Below, in pieces: positions 51,470-64,000 of a stretch of 64,000 nucleotides of DNA. The DNA is from Eledone cirrhosa (taxonomy: Eukaryota). Location: positions 4,030,001-4,094,000 of the forward strand of contig OZ024751.1 of NCBI GenBank assembly GCA_964016885.1. Direction: 5' to 3'. Under the pieces are notes generated by a model. That model saw only the letters and a list, made by a program, of their open reading frames with translations, had not been told where the DNA came from and searched no databases. Within the stretch, counting starts at the first letter, position 1, and every line of letters starts with the position of its first letter. The position numbers and the translations under genes are program-made.

Positions 51470-54400
51470 TCATTGCTACCACCACTACCACCACCATCGC
51501 CATTACAACACCACTACCACGACCATCACCATTGCCACCACTAATACCACCACCATCGCCATTACAACCACCACTACCACGACCATCATCATTGCCACCA
51601 CAACTACCACAACCATCACCATTGCCACCACAACTACCACAAGCACCACCATTGCCACCACCACTACCACAACCATAACCATTGCCACCACAACTAACAC
51701 AACCACCACCATTGCCAACACCACTACCACAACCATCACCATTGCCATCTCCACTACCACAACCACCACCATTGCCACAAACATAACCACTACCACAATC
51801 ATCACCATTGCCACCACCACTACCACAACCACCACCATTGCCACTACCACTACCACAACCATAACCACTAACACAATCATCACCATTGCCACCACCACTA
51901 CCACAACCACCACCACTACCACAACCACCACCATTGCCACCACCACTACCACAATCACCACCATTGCCACCACCATTGCCACCGCCACTACCACAGTCAT
52001 CACCATTACCACCACCACCACCATTGCCACCACCACTACCACAACCACCACCATTGCCACCACCACTACCACAATCATCAGCATGGCCACCACCACTACC
52101 ACAACCATCACCATTGCCACCACTTCAACCAGCCACCACCATTGCCATCACCACAACCACAGCCACCAACATTGCCACCACCACTAGCACAACCACCACC
52201 ATTGCCACCACCACTACCACAACCACCACTATTGCAACCACCACTACCACGACCACCACCATTGCAACCACCACTACAACAACCACCACCATTGCCACCA
52301 CCACTACCACAACCACCACTATTGCAACCACCACTACCACGACCACCACCATTGCAACCACCACTACAACAACCACCACCATTGCAACCACCACTACCAC
52401 AACCATAACCACTACTACAATCATCACTATTGCAAACACCACTACCACAACCACCACCATTGCCACCACCAATACCACCACAACCACCATTGCCACCACC
52501 ACAACAACAACCATCACCATTGCAACCACCACTACCACAACCATGACCATTGCCACCACCGCTGCCACAACCATGACCATTGCCACCACCACTACCACAC
52601 CCACCACCATTGCCACCACCACTACCACAACAACCTCCATTGCCACCACCACTGCCACAACCACCACGACTACCACAACCACCACCATTGCCACCACCAC
52701 TACCACAACCACCACCATTGCCACCACTACTAACACAACCACCACCACTACCACAATCATCACCATTGCCACCATTACTACCACAACCACCACCATTGGC
52801 ACAACCACTACCACAAAAACCACCACTACCACAACCACCACCATTGCCATCACCACTACAACAACCACCACCATTGCAACCACCACTACAACAACCACCA
52901 CCATAGCCACCACCACTACCACAACCACCACCACAACCACAACCACCACCATTGCCACCACCACTACCACCACCATTGCAACTACCACTACCACAACCAT
53001 CACCACTACCACCACCACTACCACTATCACCACCATTGCCACCACCACTACCACACCCACCACCATTTCCACCACCACTACCACAACCATCACCATTGCC
53101 ACCTCCACAACCACCAACAATTTCCACCACCACTACCACAACCACCACCATTGCAACCACCACTACCACAACCATAACCACTACCACAACCATAACCACT
53201 ACCACAATCATCACCATTGCAACCACCACTACCATAAGCAGCACCATTGCCACAACAACTACCACAACCACCACCATTTCCACCACCACTACTGCAACCA
53301 TCACCATTGCAACTACCACAACCATGACCATTGCGACCACCCACTACCACAATCATCACCATTGCCACCACCACTACCACAATAATCACCAATGCCACAA
53401 CCACCACCATTGCCAGCACAACTACCACAACTACCACCATTTACACCACCACTACCACAATCATCACCATTGCCACCAGCACTGCCACTACCACCACCAT
53501 TGCCACCACCACTACCACAACCATCACCATTGCCACCACCACTACCACAACCACCACCATTGCCAGCACCACTACCACAACCACCACCATTGCAACCACC
53601 ACTACCACAACCAGCACCATTGCCACCACCACTACCACAACCACCACCATTGCCACCACCACTACCACAACCACCACCATTGCCACCACCACTACCACAA
53701 CCACCACCATTGCCACCACCACTACCACAACCACCACCATTGCCACCACCACTACCACAACCATCACCATTGCAACCACCACTACCACAACCACCACCAT
53801 TGCCACCAACACAACCACCACCATTGCCACCACCACTACCATAACCACCACCAGTGCCACCACCACTACCAAAACCACCACCATTGCCACCACTACTACA
53901 ACCACCACCAATGCCACCACCACTACCACAACCTCCACCATTGCAACCACCACTATTACAACAACCACCACCATTGTCAGCACCACTACCACAACCACCA
54001 CCATTGCCACCACCAGCACCACAACCACCACTATTGCAACCACCACTACCACAACCACCACCATTGCAACCACCACTACAACAACCACCACCATTGCAAC
54101 CACCACTACCACAACCATCACCATTGCCACCACTTCAACCAGCCACCACCATTGCCATCACCACAACCACAGCCACCAACATTGCCACCACCACTAGCAC
54201 AACCACCACCATTGCCACCACCACTACCACAACCACCACTATTGCAACCACCACTACCACGACCACCACCATTGCAACCACCACTACAACAACCACCACC
54301 ATTGCAACCACCACTACCACAACCATAACCACTACTACAATCATCACTATTGCAAACACCACTACCACAACCACCACCATTGCCACCACCAATACCACCA

Positions 54401-57400
54401 CAACCACCATTGCCACCACCACAACAACAACCATCACCATTGCAACCACCACTACCACAACCATGACCATTGCAACCACCACTACCACACCCACCACCAT
54501 TGCCACCACCACTACCACAACAACCTCCATTGCCACCACCACTGCCACAACCAGCACGACTACCACAACCACCACCATTGCCACCACGACTACCACAACC
54601 ACCACCATTGCCACCACTACTAACACAACCACCACCACTACCACAATCATCACCATTGCCACCACCACTACCACAACCATAACCATTGCCACCACAACTA
54701 ACACAACCACCACCATTGCCAACACCACTACCACAACCATCACCATTGCCATCTCCACTACCACAACCACCACCATTGCCACAAACATAACCACTACCAC
54801 AATCATCACCATTGCCACCACCACTACCACAACCACCACCATTGCCACTACCACTACCACAACCATAACCACTAACACAATCATCACCATTGCCACCACC
54901 ACTACCACAACCACCACCACTACCACAACCACCACCATTGCCACCACCACTACCACAATCACCACCATTGCCACCACCATTGCCACCGCCACTACCACAG
55001 TCATCACCATTACCACCACCACCACCATTGCCACCACCACTACCACAACCACCACCATTGCCACCACCACTACCACAATCATCAGCATGGCCACCACCAC
55101 TACCACAACCATCACCATTGCCACCACTTCAACCAGCCACCACCATTGCCATCACCACAACCACAGCCACCAACATTGCCACCACCACTAGCACAACCAC
55201 CACCATTGCCACCACCACTACCACAACCACCACTATTGCAACCACCACTACCACGACCACCACCATTGCAACCACCACTACAACAACCACCACCATTGCC
55301 ACCACCACTACCACAACCACCACTATTGCAACCACCACTACCACGACCACCACCATTGCAACCACCACTACAACAACCACCACCATTGCAACCACCACTA
55401 CCACAACCATAACCACTACTACAATCATCACTATTGCAAACACCACTACCACAACCACCACCATTGCCACCACCAATACCACCACAACCACCATTGCCAC
55501 CACCACAACAACAACCATCACCATTGCAACCACCACTACCACAACCATGACCATTGCCACCACCGCTGCCACAACCATGACCATTGCCACCACCACTACC
55601 ACACCCACCACCATTGCCACCACCACTACCACAACAACCTCCATTGCCACCACCACTGCCACAACCACCACGACTACCACAACCACCACCATTGCCACCA
55701 CCACTACCACAACCACCACCATTGCCACCACTACTAACACAACCACCACCACTACCACAATCATCACCATTGCCACCATTACTACCACAACCACCACCAT
55801 TGGCACAACCACTACCACAAAAACCACCACTACCACAACCACCACCATTGCCATCACCACTACAACAACCACCACCATTGCAACCACCACTACAACAACC
55901 ACCACCATAGCCACCACCACTACCACAACCACCACCACAACCACAACCACCACCATTGCCACCACCACTACCACCACCATTGCAACTACCACTACCACAA
56001 CCATCACCACTACCACCACCACTACCACTATCACCACCATTGCCACCACCACTACCACACCCACCACCATTTCCACCACCACTACCACAACCATCACCAT
56101 TGCCACCTCCACAACCACCAACAATTTCCACCACCACTACCACAACCACCACCATTGCAACCACCACTACCACAACCATAACCACTACCACAACCATAAC
56201 CACTACCACAATCATCACCATTGCAACCACCACTACCATAAGCAGCACCATTGCCACAACAACTACCACAACCACCACCATTTCCACCACCACTACTGCA
56301 ACCATCACCATTGCAACTACCACAACCATGACCATTGCGACCACCCACTACCACAATCATCACCATTGCCACCACCACTACCACAATAATCACCAATGCC
56401 ACAACCACCACCATTGCCAGCACAACTACCACAACTACCACCATTTACACCACCACTACCACAATCATCACCATTGCCACCAGCACTGCCACTACCACCA
56501 CCATTGCCACCACCACTACCACAACCATCACCATTGCCACCACCACTACCACAACCACCACCATTGCCAGCACCACTACCACAACCACCACCATTGCAAC
56601 CACCACTACCACAACCAGCACCATTGCCACCACCACTACCACAACCACCACCATTGCCACCACCACTACCACAACCACCACCATTGCCACCACCACTACC
56701 ACAACCACCACCATTGCCACCACCACTACCACAACCACCACCATTGCCACCACCACTACCACAACCATCACCATTGCAACCACCACTACCACAACCACCA
56801 CCATTGCCACCAACACAACCACCACCATTGCCACCACCACTACCATAACCACCACCAGTGCCACCACCACTACCAAAACCACCACCATTGCCACCACTAC
56901 TACAACCACCACCAATGCCACCACCACTACCACAACCTCCACCATTGCAACCACCACTATTACAACAACCACCACCATTGTCAGCACCACTACCACAACC
57001 ACCACCATTGCCACCACCAGCACCACAACCACCACTATTGCAACCACCACTACCACAACCACCACCATTGCAACCACCACTACAACAACCACCACCATTG
57101 CAACCACCACTACCACAACCATCACCATTGCCACCACTTCAACCAGCCACCACCATTGCCATCACCACAACCACAGCCACCAACATTGCCACCACCACTA
57201 GCACAACCACCACCATTGCCACCACCACTACCACAACCACCACTATTGCAACCACCACTACCACGACCACCACCATTGCAACCACCACTACAACAACCAC
57301 CACCATTGCAACCACCACTACCACAACCATAACCACTACTACAATCATCACTATTGCAAACACCACTACCACAACCACCACCATTGCCACCACCAATACC

Positions 57401-60400
57401 ACCACAACCACCATTGCCACCACCACAACAACAACCATCACCATTGCAACCACCACTACCACAACCATGACCATTGCAACCACCACTACCACACCCACCA
57501 CCATTGCCACCACCACTACCACAACAACCTCCATTGCCACCACCACTGCCACAACCAGCACGACTACCACAACCACCACCATTGCCACCACGACTACCAC
57601 AACCACCACCATTGCCACCACTACTAACACAACCACCACCACTACCACAATCATCACCATTGCCACCACCACTACCACAACCACCACCATTGGCACAACC
57701 ACTACCACAAAAACCACCACTACCACAACCACCACCATTGCCACCACCACTACCACAACCACCACCATTGCCACCACCACAACCACAGCCACCACCATTG
57801 CCACTAGAACTTCCACAACCATTGCCACCACCATTGCCACAACCATCACCATTGCCATCACCACTACAACAACCACCACCATTGCAACCACCACTACAAC
57901 AACCACCACCATAGCCACCACCACTACCACAACCACCACCACAACCACAACCACCACCATTGCCACCACCACTACCACCACCATTGCCACTACCACTACC
58001 ACAACCATCACCACTACCACTATCACCACCATTGCCACCACCACTACCACACCCACCACCATTTCCACCACCACTACCACAACCATCACCATTGCCACCT
58101 CCACAACCACCAACAATTTCCACCACCACTACCACAACCACCACAACTACCACAACCACCACCATTGCCACCACCACTACCACAACCACCACCATTGCCA
58201 CCACTACTAACACAACCACCACCACTACCACAATCATCACCATTGCCACCACCACTACCACAACCACCACCATTGCCACCACCACTACCACAGCCACCAC
58301 CATTGCAACTAGAACTTCCACAACCACAACCATTGCCACCACCATTGCCTCAACCATCACCATTGCCATCACCACTACAACAACCACCACCATTGCAACC
58401 ACCACTACAACAACCACCACCATAGCCACCACCACTACCACAACCATCACTATCACAACCACCACAACCACAAACACCACCATTGCCACCACCACTACCA
58501 CCACCACTACCCCAACAACCACCACTATTACAACCACCACCATTGCAACCACCACTACCACAACCACCACCATTGCCAGCACCAGTACCACAACCACCAC
58601 CATTGCCACCACCACTACCACAACCACCACCATTGCCACCACCACTACCCCAACCACCATCATTTCCACCACCACTACCACAACCACCACCATTGCCACC
58701 ACCACTAACACAACCACCACCATTTCCACCACCGCTACTACAACCACCACCATTGCCACCACTACCACAATCATCACCATTGCCACCACTATTACCCCAA
58801 CCACCACCACTACTACAACCACCACCATTGCAACCACCACTACCACAACCACCACCATTGCCAGCACCAGTACCACAACCACCACCATTGCCACCACCAC
58901 TACCACAACCACCACCATTGCCACCACCACTACCCCAACCACCACCATTTCCACCACCACTACCACAACCACCACCATTGCCACCACCACTAACACAACC
59001 ACCACCATTTCCACCACCGCTACTACAACCACCACCATTGCCACCACCACTACCACAATCATCACCATTGCCACCACTATTACCACAACCACCACCATTG
59101 CCACCACCACTACCACAACCAACACCATTGCCACCACCACAACCACTGCCACTACCATTGCCACCACCACTACCACAACCACCACCATTACCACAACCAT
59201 CACCACTACCACAACCACCACTACCACAACCACCACCATTGCCACCACCACTACCACAACCACCACGACTACCACAACCACCACCATTGCAACCACCACT
59301 ACCACAACCACCACCATTGCCACCACCACTACCACAACCACCACCATTGCCACCACTACTACCCCAACCACCACCATTTCCACCACCACTACCACAATCA
59401 TCACCATTGCCACCACTACTACCACAAATTTCACCATTGCCACCAGCACTACCACAACCACCACCATTGCCACCACCACTACCACAACCTTCACCACTAC
59501 CACAACCACCACCATTGCCACCAGCACTACCACAACCACCACCATTGCCACCACCACTACCACAACCATCACCACTACCACAACCACCACCATTGCCACC
59601 ACCACTACCACAACCACCACCATTGCCACCACTACTACCCCAACCACCACCATTTCCACCACCACTACCACAACCATGACCATTGCCACCACCACTACCA
59701 CAATAATCACCATTGCCACAACCACCACTACCACAATAATCACCATTGCCACAACCACCACCATTGCCAGCACAACTACCACAACTACCACCATTTACAC
59801 CACCACTACCACAACCAGCACCATTGCCACCACAACTACCACAACCACCACCATTGCCACCACCACTACCACAACCACCACCATTGCCACCACCACTACC
59901 ACAACCACCACCATTGCCACCACCACTACCACAACCACCACCATTGCCACCACCACTACCACCACCATTGCCATTGCAACCACCACTACCACAACCACCA
60001 CCATTGCCACCACCACTACCACAACCACCACCACTACCACAACCACCACCATTGCAACCACCACTACCACAACCACCACCATTGCCACCACCACTACCAC
60101 AACCACCTCCATTGCCACCACCACAACCACCACCATTGCCAGCACCACTACCACAACCACCACCATTGCCACCACCACTACCACCACCATTGCCATTGCA
60201 ACCACCACTACCACAACCACCACCATTGCCACCACCACTACCACAACCACCACCACTACCACAACCACCACCATTGCAACCACCACTACCACAACCACCA
60301 CCATTGCCACCACCACTACCACAACCACCTCCATTGCCACTACCACAACCACCACCATTGCCACCACCACTACCACAACCACCACCATTGCCACCACCAC

Positions 60401-61058
60401 TACCATAACCACCACCAGTGCCACCACCACTACCAAAACCACCACCATTGCCACCACCACTACAACCACCACCAATGCCACCACCACTACCACAACCTCC
60501 ACCATTGCATCCACCACTATTACAACAACCACTACCACAACCACCACCATTGCCACCAAAACTACTACAACCACCACCATTGCCACCACCACTACCACAA
60601 CCACCACCTTTGCAACCACCACTACCACAACCACCACTATCACAACCATCACTACCACAACCACCACCATTGCAACCACCACTACCACAACCACCACCAT
60701 TGCAACCACAACCACCACTATCACAACCACCACCTCCACAACCACCACTACCACAACCACCAACATTGCAACCACCACTACCACAACCACCACTATGACA
60801 ACCACCACTACCACAACCACCACCGCTACCACCACCACTACCACAACCACCACCATTGCAACCACCACTACCACAACCACCACTACCACAACCACCACTA
60901 TCACAACCACCACTACCACAACCACCACCACCACTACAACCACCACTACCACCACCACCACTATCACAACCACCACTACCACAACCACCACCACCACTGC
61001 CACAACCACCACTACCACAACCACCACCACCACCACCACCACTGTCACAATCACCACT
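51470..61058. repeat. 9.6-kb ACC-derived ~27-bp satellite with higher-order duplications
   Basis: Unit is accaccattgccaccaccactaccaca. Identical ORF translations are offset by exactly 3004 bp. Confidence 0.95.
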
Positions 61059-61059
61059 C

Positions 61060-61370
61060 ACTGACTGGCACTCCGTCAGCTACGACGAGTGTTCCAGTTG
61101 TTTTGATCAACAGAACAGCCTAGGAATGTGCTAGAGGCTGAGCTTTCCACAGACACGCCACTTAACGTAGTTCTCAGGAAGATTTAGTGTAACAATGTGA
61201 CAATGTTGGTCCTTCCAATTACAGGCACAACTCATTTTTGCCAGCTGAATGGACTGGAGCAACATGAAGTAAAGTATCTTGTTTCAAGGACTGAATGTGC
61301 CGCCGGGAATCGAACTCACAACCATACGATTTTAAGCCGATTACCTTAACCACAAAGCCACGCGCCTTCA
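61060..61370 (-). mobile_element. tRNA-derived SINE, second family
   Basis: Minus strand reads gaaggcgcgtggctttgtggttaagg (A box)...gagttcgattcc (B box)...gtccttgaaacaagatacttta. A partial relative lies at ~32020-32092. Confidence 0.8.
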
Positions 61371-61977
61371 CTACTACCACCACTACAGCCTCTACCACCA
61401 GCACCACTACAGCCTCCACCACCACCACTACAACCTCCACCTCCACTACCATCTCTGCTACTACCAGTACTCCAACCTCCACCACCACCACTACTACCAC
61501 TACTACTACCACCGCTACCACCACTACAACCTCCACCACCACCACCACTGCAACCTCTACCACTACCACCTCTACCACCACCAATTACCACCACTACTAC
61601 CACCATTACTACCACAAAATAACCTTCACCAGCAACAGCTGTCATTCTTTCTAAATAATCTAGTTTAATATCAGCCCTGTACTCCCTGTTGCACTTAGAC
61701 ACATTTATAACTGTTCTGAATTAAATTCTCTTCAAACACTTAATGTAAATAGCAATATTGGTGGTGTTGGGGGGGATGTTGTGGTGGTGGCGGGGTGGTA
61801 TAGCAAACGCGATGTTGGTGCGGTGCTGTAACAGCAGTGATGGTGGTGGTGATGGTTGTGGTTTTGGTGGTGTGGTGGGGTAGCAGCAGTGATGGTTCTG
61901 GTGGTGCCAGGAGAGGTCGCCCCCCCCCCTCTCACTCACCAGATAATCAATAATGTTGTCATTATTCTGCTTTTAAG

Positions 61978-62168
61978 AGCGGTGAATTGGCAGTATCGGT
62001 AGAGGGTTGGACGCCATGCTTTCTAGCATAGTTACATCCCTTTACAGTCTGAGTTCAAATCCCGCCGAGGTTAACTTTGCCTTTCATCCTTACGGGGTCG
62101 ATAAAATAAAGTACCAGTAATGTACTGGGTAATTTGCTGGCCTTGTGCCTAGAGTAGAAACAATTATT
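61978..62168 (+). mobile_element. tRNA-derived SINE (first family), full length
   Basis: A and B boxes, core domain and agtagaaacaattatt end. Confidence 0.88.
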
Positions 62169-62240
62169 CTGCTTTTATTGATTTTGCTATTTCCCAATTT
62201 TATACATACGCACATGTACACACACACATGTACACACACA

Positions 62241-62880
62241 CATCATCATCATCATCGTTTAACATCCATCTTCCACGTTAGCACGGGTTAGACGGTTTTG
62301 TTCTATTTGATGCGGGAATGTTCAGGAGTCTGTGTCTTGCTCGTACAGAAGTCTCTGGCAGGTTTTTTGCAGCTGGATATCCTTCCTAACACCAGCCTTT
62401 TTACCGTGTCTCCTACGCGGCCACCTTACACTGTGGGCTGGTTGTTTTTTGTTGTGTCACTGACACAGTGGATGGAAATTGGATGGTGGGGTAAGGTGTG
62501 TGGGGTGGGCTGGAGTGTATATTGGGTTAAGAGGTGCCTACTGACTGTAAGTTTATATGCAAGGGAAGGCGGGTCTTCTGTATAACTGCATGGTGCCAAA
62601 GATCTCCATCCAGTGACATTGTCTTAGAAGTGTAAGTGGACAAGGTCAATTTTTATTACCTCATCTCAGGTTTTTCTTGGTCTACCCACTCCATAGCTTC
62701 CATCTATTTTCATTGCTCTGCACTTTTTTTATACAGCTGTCATCCTTCATACACATCACATGGCCATACCAACCCAATCTCCTCTCCAGAACACAACATT
62801 TGATACTTCTTATGTTTAGTCTCTCTCTCAATTTGTTTATGCTTCGCACATTACTATTACAATGGATCATTGGAGCATGT
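62241..62880 (-). mobile_element. RTE 3' fragment
   Basis: LRERLNIRSIKCCVLERRLGWYGHVM, with 3' UTR and tail. Confidence 0.85.
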
Positions 62881-62884
62881 TTAG

Positions 62885-64000
62885 TGAAATTTTGATGAAA
62901 TATTTTGGAAATTTTTGAAAAATTCGGTGGAAACTTTAGGAAAACTTTTTATGAAATAATTGGGAAAATATTTCATATAATTTTTAATAAAATTATAGAA
63001 AATTTTTAAAAAGTTTTAGAAAAGCTTGTAAAAATCTTTTTATGAAATTTGTTTTAGAAAAATTTCGAAAAATATAATTTTTTGATATAATTTTTGAAGA
63101 TAAATTTTTAAAATAGTTTTAATGAGGATTTTTTCAAAAAATTTGAGGAAACCTTTTAAATATTAAAAAACATTTTAAAGAAAATATTTTAAAATTTTTG
63201 GTGATATATGGAAGGAAAATATCAATGAAATGTTTGGGAAAATATATTTAAAAAAATCTTAAATTCTACAAATTTTGAGAGAATATTTGTTGAAATAACA
63301 ATATCAAGAATATCATTTTGTGGGGAATTTGAGAAAAATTTTTTTTAAATGTGGGCAGAAATTTTTGCGAAAAAAATTTTGATGATATTTTGAAGAAAAT
63401 ATTGAGGACAATATTTGAGATGTTTTTTAGGACAGTTTTTGTGCAATTTTGGAGAATTAAACACCTTCAAAGTAAATGAGCTTTAAAATCTAACCATCTG
63501 TTTGCTCTGTTAAACTAAAACACATTTTTTTAAATAGAAACAACTTAAAATTTCTTTCGGTGATTGTGGTGGAGGTGATGATAAAGGAGTTAATAGAGAT
63601 GTTTTGGTGATGGTGGTGGCGGCTGCTGTGAGGGAAGAGGGAAGGGGAACAAAAAGATTATTCACATTATGCAAAAGTAAAAATCTCTTTGATCCATGAA
63701 ATCTGTAAACATTTTTTAAAAAATATTCATCAAAATTTCTCAAAAATATTTTTTTAAATTTTTCAAGCTTTTTATAAAAAATTTCATCAAAAATTTTCCC
63801 AAAACTTTTCTTCAAAATTTTTCTAACATTCAAAAAATTGCCTAAATTTTATTTTCAAATTTTTTTTCAAAATTTATCAAAAGTTTGGGGAACATTTTGG
63901 AGAGAATTGTTCGTGAAATTTTTTGAAAGCATTTTGATGAAATTAAAAAAAAAAATTGAGGAAAATGTTAAAGAAATTTTGAGGAAAATTTATGTGAAAA
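62885..64000. repeat. AT-rich degenerate low-complexity repeat
   Basis: Recurrent aaaatttt-ga(g/t)gaaa motifs in both orientations. Confidence 0.6.

Noticed and set aside
51503-61134. Pro-rich, His-rich, Val-rich and Gly/Cys-rich ORFs
   Set aside because: These are alternative frames of a nearly stop-free ACC satellite, with no unique coding sequence.
61290-61370. tRNA gene
   Set aside because: The cloverleaf is imperfect and continues into a SINE body.

Overview
AT-rich, repeat-saturated animal DNA with no recognisable host gene. The SINE families, (TA)n load and element mix suggest an octopus or other coleoid cephalopod; this is an inference. The window holds about 10 RTE-clade LINE copies whose RT carries an inserted PHD-like C4HC3 finger, three Penelope-like element (PLE) remnants, one decayed near-full-length Helitron and three non-autonomous Helitrons. 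It also has a GC-rich Tx1/L1 element, R4-like and CRE-like RLE LINE fragments, many tRNA-derived SINEs, MITEs and a 9.6-kb ACC-rich satellite with a nested 3004-bp duplication. The main signal not shown by the ORF track is a set of at least seven minimal type I hammerhead ribozyme motifs, plus two variant cores. Several sit in fold-back or direct-repeat units that resemble PLE pseudo-LTRs or retrozymes. Other points of interest are a head-to-tail Helitron junction with a palindromic terminator and a shared UAG in an inverted RTE pair at a position where an older copy has UGG. All coordinates were read by eye, and element boundaries are approximate unless a terminus is quoted.
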